NCBI GenBank assembly: GCA_963707945.1
Contig: CAVPRM010000002.1
Location: 1,768,617 to 1,832,616, forward strand
Source: an uncultured delta proteobacterium
GTDB lineage: Bacteria; Myxococcota_A; UBA9160; SZUA-336
DNA: 64,000 bases
Direction of reading: 5' to 3'
Shown here: positions 1 through 8,974 of the stretch, in pieces
Layout of the letters: each line of letters starts with the position of its first letter
How positions within the stretch are numbered: the stretch's first letter is position 1
Made by a program: the position numbers and the translations under genes
The notes under the pieces: model-generated
What the model saw: the letters and a program-made list of their open reading frames with translations, nothing else
What the model was told of the DNA's origin: nothing
The model's database searches: none

Positions 1-447
1 GGAATAGCCGGACAGCCCGTGGACGTGCAGCGCGAGCTCGGGCGCCAGGAGCCCGGCGTCGACGAGCGGCCGCACCAGCAGGACCACCGCGGTCGGCCAG
101 CAGCCTGGGTTCGAGACCGCGCGCGCGCCGGCGATCGCCGCGCGCTGACCCGGCTGGAGCTCCGGCAGCCCGAACACCCAGCCCGGCGCGACCCGGTGCG
201 CGCTGCTGGCGTCGAGCACGCGCGTCCCGGCCTCCTGCGCAAAGGCGGCCGCCTCGCGGGCCGCGTCGTCGGGCAGGCACAGCACGGCGACGTCGGCCGC
301 GGCGATCGCATCGCGCCGGGCGCTCGGGTCCTTGCGCCGGGCCTCGTCGATCTCGACCTGCTCGAGGTCGCGCCGGCCCGCGAGCCACTCCCGGATCCGC
401 AGGCCCGTCGTGCCCGCGTGTCCGTCGATGAAGACGCGCCGAGTCAT
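1..447 (-). CDS. argC: N-acetyl-gamma-glutamyl-phosphate reductase, N-terminal 149 codons (gene continues beyond the left edge)
   Basis: Absent from the ORF track because it is truncated. Reverse-strand translation from ATG (445-447) gives [24 protein letters not shown]...[15 protein letters not shown]. This is a short-form ArgC N-terminus with the NPGC(Y/W)PT catalytic-Cys motif. Confidence 0.8.
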   Translation of the reverse strand, partial: MTRRVFIDGHAGTTGLRIREWLAGRRDLEQVEIDEARRKDPSARRDAIAAADVAVLCLPDDAAREAAAFAQEAGTRVLDASSAHRVAPGWVFGLPELQPGQRAAIAGARAVSNPGCWPTAVVLLVRPLVDAGLLAPELALHVHGLSGYS

Positions 448-472
448 GCGGCGAGTATAGCGGCGGGCGGGC

Positions 473-1795
473 TCAGCGCGCGGGCGCCGCAGGTACGCGG
501 GGCGCGGCGTCGTCGGGGCGGATCTCGAGGGCTCGCCGGCGCGCCTCTGCGCGCGCGGCCTGCGCCTCGTCGGCGAGCTCACCGGCGCGCCCTTCGAGGC
601 CCCGGTTGCCGGCGCGCAGCTCGGCCAGCGCGCGCTCGAGCTCGCCCGCCGCCGAGTAGATGCGGAATCGGAACAGCGCGGCCGTGCCCCGGTCGCTCTC
701 GACCGCGAGCTCGACGTCGTTCGCGCCCGGCACGAGCGGGAGCGCGCCGCGCAGCTCCGCTCCGTCGGCCTGGCGCAGCTCGCCTGTCTCGGCGCCCGTG
801 CCGAGGTTGCGCGCGACCACGCGCGTGATCCGGCTCGCGACCAGCGCCGGCAGGACCGCGTCGATGGCGCCGGCGCCGGGCGCACGCACCAGCGCACCAC
901 CGGTGCGCTCTGCGAGCTGCCGCCAGGGCAGCGCCCGGCGCTCGGGCTCGAACACGAGCGGAGTCACGCGCAGCTCGCGTCCCAGGCGCTGGCCGAAGGC
1001 GAGGAGCTGCCGCGGATCGGAGGCGCCGTCGCCGCGCGAGAAGTGATGAGCCGCGGGACAGGTCGTGGCGTTCGGATTGGGCTCGCGCGCCGTGAAGCGC
1101 CCCGAGTACGGCGCGTCGCCGTCGGTGAGCACCACGATCTCGCGCGCCACCCCGTCGGGGGCGTCGTCGAGCCACTCGCTGGCGGTCCAGAGCGCGCAGA
1201 CGGCGTCGGTGCGACCCTCTCCCTTGGGCCGCTCGGCGCGGAAGCGCGCAAGCGCGGCGCGGAGCTCGGCTGCAGACGCGCCCGGCTCGGCGATCGGCCA
1301 GGTCGACTCACCGAACGCGATCACGCCGAGCTCGAGCCAGTCGTTCGCCATTCCGTCGACCAGGTGCTCGAGCGCGCGGCGCTCGGCCTCGAGCGCGGAG
1401 ATCGTCTGGGTCGCGCCGTCCGTACCTTCGAAGCGCGCCTCTGCATTCGCGCTCGAGGACGCGTCGAGCAGGACCACGACCCGGCGCGGCCCGCGGTCCG
1501 CCGGAAGCTCTAGCCGCGCCGCGATCTCCGCGCGCTCGCCCTCGACCACGGGCACCTGCAGCGCTCCCTGCTGCACCCCGGTGACGAGCGGCCAGCGCAG
1601 CTCGAGGGCGACTCCGGTGACCAGCGGCCCGTACGGGCGGTTGGTCGGCCACTCGCGCCGGATCCGCTCCGAAAAGGCGGCGCGCACGGGCTCCGGCCAG
1701 CTGCGTCCCGGAGCGAGCAGCGGGTCGACCTCGTCGGGCGCCCCCGGGGCGACGACCGAGGCGGCCAAGCCGACCGCGAGCAGGAGGGCCCTCAC
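473..1795 (-). CDS. Secreted von Willebrand factor type A (VWA) domain protein
   Basis: 440-aa ORF with a signal-like N-terminus ([19 protein letters not shown]). MIDAS-type [10 protein letters not shown] and VVLTDGD motifs. Ala/Arg/Glu-rich coiled-coil-like tail. Confidence 0.7.
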   Translation of the reverse strand: MRALLLAVGLAASVVAPGAPDEVDPLLAPGRSWPEPVRAAFSERIRREWPTNRPYGPLVTGVALELRWPLVTGVQQGALQVPVVEGERAEIAARLELPADRGPRRVVVLLDASSSANAEARFEGTDGATQTISALEAERRALEHLVDGMANDWLELGVIAFGESTWPIAEPGASAAELRAALARFRAERPKGEGRTDAVCALWTASEWLDDAPDGVAREIVVLTDGDAPYSGRFTAREPNPNATTCPAAHHFSRGDGASDPRQLLAFGQRLGRELRVTPLVFEPERRALPWRQLAERTGGALVRAPGAGAIDAVLPALVASRITRVVARNLGTGAETGELRQADGAELRGALPLVPGANDVELAVESDRGTAALFRFRIYSAAGELERALAELRAGNRGLEGRAGELADEAQAARAEARRRALEIRPDDAAPRVPAAPAR

Positions 1796-1872
1796 GCCCC
1801 GCCCAACGGACGGGCGCCTGGAAACCTGAAGCGCGCATTCCCCCTCAGACGAGTCGGGAATTCAGCTCTACT

Positions 1873-1901
1873 TTGACCCCAATTCCCGAGCTTCGTAGAC
1901 T
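1873..1901 (+). promoter_or_regulatory. Sigma-70-like promoter candidate for cysH (TTGACC, 17 nt, TAGACT)
   Basis: TTGACC at 1873-1878, 17-nt spacer, TAGACT at 1896-1901. It lies about 40 nt upstream of the cysH ATG and its GAAGGAG RBS. This is the AT-richest patch of the intergenic region. Confidence 0.45.
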
Positions 1902-1940
1902 GGTTTCGAGGCCCGGCGGATCGAACCGAAGGAGCCTCTG

Positions 1941-2729
1941 ATGGGGAGCCGAACCGTGACCGCGAGCCTCGAACCCACCCGCCAGCGCGTGCCGGACGCC
2001 GTCCTGGAAGAGGTGCGCTCCGGTCGACTGGCGAAGCTGTCGCCGCAGGAGCTCCTGACCTGGGGCTTCGACCGGTTCTTCCCGCGCATCGCCTTGTCGG
2101 CGAGCTTCGGCTCGCCGGACGGCATGGTGCTCCTGGACATGATGCACCAGCTCGATCCCAAGCGGACGCGCGTGTTCACGATCGACACCGGCCGCCTGCC
2201 CCAAGAGACCTACAACCTGATCGACCGGGTGCGCGACCGCTACGAGGTCGAGGTCGAGGTCTACTTCCCCGACATGGAGCGAGTACAGAAGATGGTGCGC
2301 GCGCACGGCGCCAACCTGTTCTACGAGTCGCCCGAGAAGCGGAAGCTCTGCTGCGGCATCCGCAAAGTGGAGCCGCTCGAGCGCGCCCTCGCCGACCTCG
2401 ACGCCTGGATCAGCGGCCTGCGCCCCGAGCAGAGCCTCACCCGCGCCGACGTCCGGAACGTGGAAGTCGACGACGTTCACGCCGGGCGCATCAAGCTGAA
2501 CCCCCTGGCGGCCTGGACCAAGGACGACGTCTGGGCCTACGTGCGCAAGCACGCCGTGCCCGTGAACGCGCTGCACGCCAAGGGCTATCCGTCGGTGGGC
2601 TGCGCGCCGTGCTCGCGCGCGATTCGCCCCGGCGAGGACGAGCGCGCCGGCCGCTGGTGGTGGGAGCTCCCCGAGAACCGCGAGTGCGGAATTCACACGG
2701 GTTACGAGGAGGAAGGCTCGGGGATCTGA
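1941..2729 (+). CDS. cysH: Thioredoxin-dependent adenylylsulfate/phosphoadenylylsulfate reductase (Fe-S type Cys pattern)
   Basis: 262-aa ORF with a C-terminal ECGIH (ECGLH-type) motif. Extra Cys pairs KLCCG and GCAPCS are typical of [4Fe-4S] APS reductases. GAAGGAG lies 6 nt upstream of the ATG. Confidence 0.9.
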   Translation: MGSRTVTASLEPTRQRVPDAVLEEVRSGRLAKLSPQELLTWGFDRFFPRIALSASFGSPDGMVLLDMMHQLDPKRTRVFTIDTGRLPQETYNLIDRVRDRYEVEVEVYFPDMERVQKMVRAHGANLFYESPEKRKLCCGIRKVEPLERALADLDAWISGLRPEQSLTRADVRNVEVDDVHAGRIKLNPLAAWTKDDVWAYVRKHAVPVNALHAKGYPSVGCAPCSRAIRPGEDERAGRWWWELPENRECGIHTGYEEEGSGI

Positions 2730-2742
2730 CGATACGTCCCGC

Positions 2743-5700
2743 GTGCAGGATGTTGACGGAGATCACACTCCGCGCTTCTCTCCGCGCGTGGGGGTTTCGG
2801 CGCTGCGCCGTGTCGGGCGCGCGGCTCTGTGGCTCGTCGCGCTGCCCGCCCTGTGCGCCGCAGCGGCCCCCGCGTCAGCCGGCGATCCCGGCCTGGCCTG
2901 TCGCACCCACCAGCTCGCCGCCGCCAAGAAGCTCTACAAGGCGAGCCTGTCGTGCTGGGCGAAGGCCTTCAAGAGCCCGAGCTTCGATCCCTTCGTCTGC
3001 CTGATCAAGCCCGAGCTGAGCTTCCGGAAGGCTTATGCGAGCGCTGCTGCGAAGGCCGCGAAGAAGGACGTGCAGTGCGGGCTGCGGCTCGACGTCGAGT
3101 CGCTCCTGTCACTGGCGGCCGGCGACGTGGACCCGATCGCGGGCGCGATCTCCATCGACGCGAACTTCGACGACCTGCTCGACCTGAAGAAGCGCGGAAA
3201 GCTGATCGCTGCCGCGGCCGGCTTCGCAGGGAAGGCGTTCGCGGCGCAGCTCGCCTTCGCCAAGAAGGGCGACGAGAGCAAACGCAGCGCCGCGTTCGCG
3301 GCCGCGCAGGCGAAGCTCGACAAGGTCTTCGCGGCGGAGGCCAAGGCGCTTGCGAAGAAGGGCATCGAGTACGGCGGGCTCCCTTCGGGGGACGTCGGCG
3401 AGGCGCTCGGAAAGGCGAGCGCGCTCTGGGAGCGGCTCACCCGCGCCGACAACGGCGCGTTCACGCTCGCCGGAACGATCTTCGCCGCCGAGTCGACCTT
3501 CGTAGACTGGGACGTGAACGACACGTCCACGGAGCCGATCTACAACGGCAGCTTCTTCGCCGCGCAGCCGCTGCCGACGCCCGCGACCGTCGGCGGCTAC
3601 GTGAACTTGTCGGGCGCCGGTCCCACCGGGAACTCGCGCAACTCGGGCGACCTCTTCGATACCTACCACGCACACCTGAACGCCGGCCAGGTCGTGGTGC
3701 TCGTGCTCGGCGACGACCCGTCCGTCGTGAAACTCGACCTGTGTCTCTACGGCCCGACGAACCCGAACTGGAATTGCGCCCCGAATACGACGGACAGGCT
3801 CAAGCTCCTCGTGGCGCCGATCGACGGCGACTACTTCATCGATGTGTCTCCCGTGCCCGGCTGCAACTGCGGCGGCACGTACACGCTGTCGATCGGGCAG
3901 ACCGTTCCGCCCGAGGCCGCGCGCGCCGAGCGAACCGACGTGGAGTTCGTGCCGGGCGAGCTGATCGTGCGGCTGCGCGACCCCGCGCCGGTGGCGCTCG
4001 CCGGCGAATTCAGCGCCGCGCAGATCGGCCGGCCGCAGCCCGCGCCGGGCCTGCCGTCGGAGTTCGGGCTCGAGAAGGTCGCCGGCGACGCGTCGCGCGA
4101 GTTCCTGCTGCGTCTCCCGACCGGCGCCGCGCGCGCGCGCTCGCTGCAGGCGCTGGGCGCAGGCGCGGAGATCCAGAAGTTCTCGAGCGACGGCGAGTCC
4201 GAGGAGCAGCAAGCGCGCCGGGAGACCTTGCTCGCGCTGGCGGCGCTGCGCGAACGGCCCGAGGTGGCCTCGGTCTCACTCAACACGATCTTCCGGCCCT
4301 CGTTCCTGCCCAACGACGACTTCTACACCTATCAGTGGAACTACCCGCTGATCAACCTGCCGCAGGCGTGGGACCTGGAGACCGGCAGCCCGTCGGTGAT
4401 CGTGGCCGTCGTCGACACGGGCGTGCGGCTCGACCACCCGGACCTGCAGGGCCAGCTGGTCGCCGGCTACGACTTCATCTCCGATCCGTCGCGCGCGCGC
4501 GACGGCAATGGGATCGACTCCGACCCGAACGACCCCGGCGACCTCGGCTCCGGGGCGGGCTCGAGCTTCCACGGCACACACGTCGCGGGCACGATCGCCG
4601 CGGCGACGAACAATGGAATCGGCGTCGCGGGGATCGCGTTCGGCGCGAGGGTCATGCCGATCCGCGTGCTCGGCCGCAACGGCGGCACCTTCTACGACGT
4701 GCTGCAGGGCGTGCGCTACGCGGCCAGGCTGCCCAACGACTCGCTGACGCTGCCCTCCAAGCGCGCGGACGTCATCAACCTGTCGCTCGGCGGTGGCGGC
4801 TTCGACCAGGCGTTCCAGGACCTGGTCGACGCGGCGCGCGCGGCCGGCGTGATCGTCGTGGCCGCGGCCGGCAACGACAACACGAGTGCGCCCTCGTTCC
4901 CCGCCTCCTACGCAGGTGTGGTGTCGGTCGCCGCGGTGGACCTGAACCGCACACCCGCGCCCTACTCGAACTTCGGCCCGAGCATCGACATCGCCGCGCC
5001 CGGCGGCGACACGTCGGTGGATCGCAACGGCGACACCTTCGCGGACGGCGTGCTCTCGACCCTGGCCGACGACTCCGGCTCGGCGATCCAGTTCGGCTAC
5101 GCGTTCTATCAGGGCACGTCGATGGCCACGCCGCACGTGTCGGGCGTGTTCGCGTTGATGCGGTCCGTGAACTCGGCGATCACGCCGGCGCAGATCGACA
5201 CTCTGCTCACCCAAGGCAAGCTGACCCAGGATCTCGGCACGCCCGGCCGCGACAACGCGACCGGCTGGGGGCTCGTGGACGCCCGCGCCGCGGTGATCGC
5301 CGCAGGCGCGCCGGACACGACACCCGCCGCGCTCAACGTCACACCGTCGGGGCTGAACTACGGCCTCGTGCTCGGCGAGCTCGGCTTCGTCCTGGCCAAC
5401 GCCTCGTCGGATCCGCTCAGCGTGAGCTCGGTCTCGGACGACGCGACCTGGCTCACCGTGACGGCGCAGGACGTGGACGGGGACGGGCTCGGCACCTACC
5501 TGGCGACCGTCGACCGCAGCGGACTCGACGACGGCACCTACTCGGCCACCATCTCGATCACCTCGAGCGCCGGCACCTCGTCGCTTCCCGTGGTCATGCG
5601 GGTGGGCGGCCCGTCGTCGTCCGACGCCGGCTTCCACTACGTGCTCCTGGTGGACGCGGACGCGCTGGTCCCGATCGCCGAGCTCGACGCTTCCGCGCTG

Positions 5701-5970
5701 AACGGCTCCTACACCTACGCGTTCCACGACATCCCGCCCGGCAACTACGCGGTCGTGGCGGGCAGCGACATGGACGACGACGGCTTCATCTGCGACGGCG
5801 GCGAGGCCTGCGGCAGCTACCCGACCCTGGACCTGCCGACGCCAGTCGCGCTCGACCACGACGTGGTCAACGCGGACTTCGGCACCGCCTTCCGGCAGAC
5901 GATCGGCGCGGGCGTGAGCGCGAAAGCGCTCGACCGACCCATTCCGGTGTTGCGCCGGCGCGCTCGCTAG
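2743..5970 (+). CDS. Secreted multidomain subtilisin-like serine protease (peptidase S8)
   Basis: 1075-aa ORF with a signal-like RVGRAALWLVALPALCAAAAPASA. Catalytic triad motifs are VAVVDTGV (Asp), HGTHVAGTIAA (His) and GTSMATPHVSG (Ser). The start may be GTG 2743 or GTG 2788. Confidence 0.9.
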   Translation: MQDVDGDHTPRFSPRVGVSALRRVGRAALWLVALPALCAAAAPASAGDPGLACRTHQLAAAKKLYKASLSCWAKAFKSPSFDPFVCLIKPELSFRKAYASAAAKAAKKDVQCGLRLDVESLLSLAAGDVDPIAGAISIDANFDDLLDLKKRGKLIAAAAGFAGKAFAAQLAFAKKGDESKRSAAFAAAQAKLDKVFAAEAKALAKKGIEYGGLPSGDVGEALGKASALWERLTRADNGAFTLAGTIFAAESTFVDWDVNDTSTEPIYNGSFFAAQPLPTPATVGGYVNLSGAGPTGNSRNSGDLFDTYHAHLNAGQVVVLVLGDDPSVVKLDLCLYGPTNPNWNCAPNTTDRLKLLVAPIDGDYFIDVSPVPGCNCGGTYTLSIGQTVPPEAARAERTDVEFVPGELIVRLRDPAPVALAGEFSAAQIGRPQPAPGLPSEFGLEKVAGDASREFLLRLPTGAARARSLQALGAGAEIQKFSSDGESEEQQARRETLLALAALRERPEVASVSLNTIFRPSFLPNDDFYTYQWNYPLINLPQAWDLETGSPSVIVAVVDTGVRLDHPDLQGQLVAGYDFISDPSRARDGNGIDSDPNDPGDLGSGAGSSFHGTHVAGTIAAATNNGIGVAGIAFGARVMPIRVLGRNGGTFYDVLQGVRYAARLPNDSLTLPSKRADVINLSLGGGGFDQAFQDLVDAARAAGVIVVAAAGNDNTSAPSFPASYAGVVSVAAVDLNRTPAPYSNFGPSIDIAAPGGDTSVDRNGDTFADGVLSTLADDSGSAIQFGYAFYQGTSMATPHVSGVFALMRSVNSAITPAQIDTLLTQGKLTQDLGTPGRDNATGWGLVDARAAVIAAGAPDTTPAALNVTPSGLNYGLVLGELGFVLANASSDPLSVSSVSDDATWLTVTAQDVDGDGLGTYLATVDRSGLDDGTYSATISITSSAGTSSLPVVMRVGGPSSSDAGFHYVLLVDADALVPIAELDASALNGSYTYAFHDIPPGNYAVVAGSDMDDDGFICDGGEACGSYPTLDLPTPVALDHDVVNADFGTAFRQTIGAGVSAKALDRPIPVLRRRAR

Positions 5971-6281
5971 CCGTCGCCGAGCGAGAGCAGAACGTCGTCG
6001 CCTTCGATGCGCAGCGCGAAGCGGCGCAGGTCCTCGCTGACGATGCCGCCGAGGGCGCGGCCGGTCCGGACGTCGAAGCAGCCGCCGTGCAGCGGGCATT
6101 CGATCTCCGCGCCGGAGAGCAGCCCTTCCGAGAGGCTCGCGTAGGCGTGCGTGCACACGTCGTCGACCGCGAAGAACTCCCCGGCCACGTTGCAGAGCGC
6201 GATCTCGATCCCGTCGAGGACGACCCGGCGCGCCTCGCCGGGCCGCAGTTCGGACACGCGCGCGACCGGGCGCCAGATCAC
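5967..6281 (-). CDS. Rieske [2Fe-2S] ferredoxin-like protein
   Basis: C-terminal 104 codons of track ORF 5967..6827. Motifs CTHAYASL...CPLHGGCF match Rieske C-x-H...C-x-x-H. GTG start at 6279-6281 sits in a GTGA overlap with the tag stop. Confidence 0.8.
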   Translation of the reverse strand: MIWRPVARVSELRPGEARRVVLDGIEIALCNVAGEFFAVDDVCTHAYASLSEGLLSGAEIECPLHGGCFDVRTGRALGGIVSEDLRRFALRIEGDDVLLSLGDG

Positions 6282-6844
6282 TTCGCGAGCGCCGCGTGGC
6301 GCGGGCAGCTCGTCAGGTGGTCGTTCACGAGTCCCACCGCCTGCATGTACGCGTAGCAGATCGTCGAGCCGACGAACTTGAAGCCGCGCTTCCCGAGGTC
6401 CTTCGAAAGCGCGTCCGACTCGGCGGTCTTCGCGGGCACGTCGCCGATCCGGCGGAAGCGGTTCTGCTTCGGCTTCCCGCCGACGAACGACCAGAGGTAG
6501 TTGTCGAAGCTGCCTTCCTTCTTCGCGACCTCCAGGAAGGCGCGCGCGTTGGTCACCGCCGCGGCGATCTTCAGCCGGTTGCGCACGATGCCGGGATCGG
6601 CGAGCAGCAGCGCCTGGCGCTTCTCGGTGTAGCGCGCCACGCGGGCCGGATCGAAGCCGTCGAAGGCACGGCGATAGCCTTCGCGCTTCTGCAGGATCGT
6701 GAGCCACGACAGCCCGGCCTGCGCGCCCTCGAGGATCAGCATCTCGAACAGGTGCCGGTCGTCGTGCGAGGGCACGCCCCATTCGCCGTCGTGATAGGGG
6801 ATGTAGAGCGGGTCCTTGCCCGCCCACGGACAGCGCTCGCTCAC
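6278..6844 (-). CDS. tag: DNA-3-methyladenine glycosylase I
   Basis: C-terminal 188 aa of track ORF 6278..9790: VSERCPWAGKDPLYIPYHDGEWGVP...EGAQAGLSW...VGSTICYAYMQAVGLVNDH, which are typical Tag motifs. GTG at 6842-6844 overlaps the upstream stop (GTGA). Confidence 0.9.
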   Translation of the reverse strand: MSERCPWAGKDPLYIPYHDGEWGVPSHDDRHLFEMLILEGAQAGLSWLTILQKREGYRRAFDGFDPARVARYTEKRQALLLADPGIVRNRLKIAAAVTNARAFLEVAKKEGSFDNYLWSFVGGKPKQNRFRRIGDVPAKTAESDALSKDLGKRGFKFVGSTICYAYMQAVGLVNDHLTSCPRHAALAK

Positions 6845-8169
6845 GCGGCGAACTCGCGGAAGACGCGGCCGCAGTCGACGCGTGCGCCGATGTGCGCGAG
6901 CAGGAGGTAGCTGCCGGCGAGCTTGCGGTGCAGGAAGATCAGCTCGGTCGGCGGCGCGTGCAGGCCGCGCTTGGTGTAGGCGTCGAGGCCGAGGTCGCGC
7001 ACCTCGCGCGCCAGGTGCGAACGCCCGAAGTCGTACGCGCCCGAGTACGCGAGCGGCTCGGCGACGCGCGCGCAGAGATGCGCGAAGGCGCCGCGCGCCT
7101 CGGCGGTCTCGTCGCCGCGCAGGAGGCCGAGCTCGGTGCCGCGCTCCTCGAGCTCGCCAGAGTCGCCGGAGATCGTGGCGGCAATCAGGTCGCGGTAGTG
7201 GTCGGTGAAGTGGCGCGAGAAGCTGCGCACGGCGCCGAAGTCGAGCAGCGCCACCCGTTCGTGCTTGGGCTCGTACAGGTAGTTCCCGAAGTTCGGGTCG
7301 GTCTGCACGAAGCGGAACTCGAAAAGCTCGCGAAACACCAGGCGCAGGAGCTTCTCGCCGATCGCATCGCGCAGGCGCTGCGGGTGCTCGGGCGAGCGCA
7401 GGTCCTCGATCGGCAGCGCGCGCACGCGATCGCTCGCGAGCACGCGCCGGGTCGAGAGGTCCGCGTGCACGCGCGGCACGAGCACGCCCGGATCCTCGCC
7501 GACGAACGCGCGGTACTGCTCCTGGCTGCGCGCCTCGCGCGCGTAGTCGGCCTCGCGGCGCAGCTCTTCCTTCAGCTCGGGGAGCACCGCGTCGAGATCG
7601 ACCCCCGCGGGTACGAGCCGCAGCGCGCGCAGGAGCAGTGCGAGGTTGTCGACGTCGCCGTCGATGCTGCGCTCGACGCCAGGGTACTGGAGCTTCAGGG
7701 CGAGGTCGCGCCCGTCGCGACTCTGCGCCGCGTGCACCTGGCCGATCGAAGCGGCGGCGAGCGGTTCGAAGTCGAACTCGCCGAAGCGGCTCTTCCAGTC
7801 GCGGCCGAGCTCGTGCGCGAGCACCTGGCGAACCTGCGCTTCGGGCATGAAGTGGGCGTGGTTCTGAAGCGTGGCGAGCGTCTCGCGCAGGGCGGGCGAG
7901 AGCAGGTCGTCGCCCTGCAGCGAGAGCAGCTGGCCGAGCTTCATCGCCGCGCCGCGCAGATCGGCGAGCGTGTCGGCCAGGCGCCGCGCCCCCGCGCGCG
8001 GCAGGAGCACCGACGAGTCGCGCTCGCCGCCGCCGGCGATCCGCTTCACCGCCTCGAGCGCCGACTCGCCCGCAAGCGCGGCCAGGAGGCCCGCGAGCCG
8101 GGCGATCCGCTCGCCGCGCCCTTCGGGCACACGGGTCGTGCGCTGGGTTCGACCGCGGGGCGCACTCAT
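6841..8169 (-). CDS. ABC1/UbiB (AarF) family atypical kinase
   Basis: 442-aa ORF with FDFEPLAAASIGQVHAA, ALKLQYPGV, FVQTDPNFGNYLY and LLDFGAV motifs of the ABC1 kinase family. Confidence 0.85.
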   Translation of the reverse strand: MSAPRGRTQRTTRVPEGRGERIARLAGLLAALAGESALEAVKRIAGGGERDSSVLLPRAGARRLADTLADLRGAAMKLGQLLSLQGDDLLSPALRETLATLQNHAHFMPEAQVRQVLAHELGRDWKSRFGEFDFEPLAAASIGQVHAAQSRDGRDLALKLQYPGVERSIDGDVDNLALLLRALRLVPAGVDLDAVLPELKEELRREADYAREARSQEQYRAFVGEDPGVLVPRVHADLSTRRVLASDRVRALPIEDLRSPEHPQRLRDAIGEKLLRLVFRELFEFRFVQTDPNFGNYLYEPKHERVALLDFGAVRSFSRHFTDHYRDLIAATISGDSGELEERGTELGLLRGDETAEARGAFAHLCARVAEPLAYSGAYDFGRSHLAREVRDLGLDAYTKRGLHAPPTELIFLHRKLAGSYLLLAHIGARVDCGRVFREFAA

Positions 8170-8178
8170 CGCGTGATG

Positions 8179-8974
8179 CTAGCGCCCCTTGAAGACGGGT
8201 GTTCGCTTTTCGAGGAGTGCGGCGACGCCTTCCTTGGAATCCTCGGTCTCGAGCGTGCGCGATTGCGCATGAGCTTCCGCTCGGGCGGCCGGGACCGGAT
8301 CCCAGCTCGACGTTCTGGTACAGCGAGCGCTTGGTCCAGCGCACCGCGATCGGCGCGGCGCTGGCGATCTCGCGAGCGAGCTCGAGCGAACGCGGCAGCA
8401 CCTCGTCCTCGGCGACGGCGTGGTTCACGAGGCCGTACTCCGCAGCCTCGGCGCCCGACAGCAGCCGACCCGTGAAGAGCAGCTCGGCGGCGCGCGGCAC
8501 CCCGACCAGGCGCGGCAGGAAGTAGGTCGTCGCCATGCCCGGGTGGAGCCCCAGCTTCGTGAAATTCGCGCCGTACTTCGCGTCGCGGTTCGCGACCCGG
8601 ATGTCGCAGACCAGCGCGAGGCCGAGCCCGCCGCCGATCGCGTGGCCGTTCAGCGCGCCGATCACCGGCACCTCGATCTCGAGCAGCGACAGGAACGGGC
8701 TGTACATCGCGAAGCTGCGTTCGTTCGGCAGCACCTTGCGGCCGTCGCCGCCGCCGCGCTGGATCTGCGACTTGAAGTCCGCCCCCGCGCAGAAGCTCTT
8801 GCCGCGGCCGGTGACGACCAGGCAGCGCAGCTCGGCGTCCTGCTTGGCGCGCGACACCGCGGCGCGTAGCCCCTCGAGCACGTCCTCGGTCATGGAGTTC
8901 CGGTTCTCGGGACGGTTCAGGGTGAGGGTCGCGATGTAGTCCTTCACCTCGTAGAGAACGGCGGGCTCGCTCAT
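8179..8974 (-). pseudogene. Enoyl-CoA hydratase/isomerase (crotonase) interrupted by one extra base near 8305
   Basis: 8306-8974 encodes MSEPAVLYEVKDYIATLTLNRPENRNSM...GKSFCAGADF...RWTKRSLYQNVE. 8179-8304, shifted by +1, encodes WDPVPAARAEAHAQSRTLETEDSKEGVAALLEKRTPVFKGR*, a typical crotonase C-terminus. Total length is 796 nt, which is 3n+1. Confidence 0.8.

Noticed and set aside
1905-1935. GGATCGAACC-like string reminiscent of a tRNA T-arm (reverse strand) upstream of cysH.
   Set aside because: No complementary T-stem, acceptor stem or anticodon arm can be drawn. It lies in the cysH 5' leader next to the RBS.
2829-6356. 1175-aa + strand ORF overlapping the S8 protease gene in another frame, together with the 626-aa minus-strand ORF 4276..6156.
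   Set aside because: Both have extreme Arg/Gly/Ala/Pro composition and no motifs. They overlap a gene with a clear catalytic triad and are typical GC-driven open frames.
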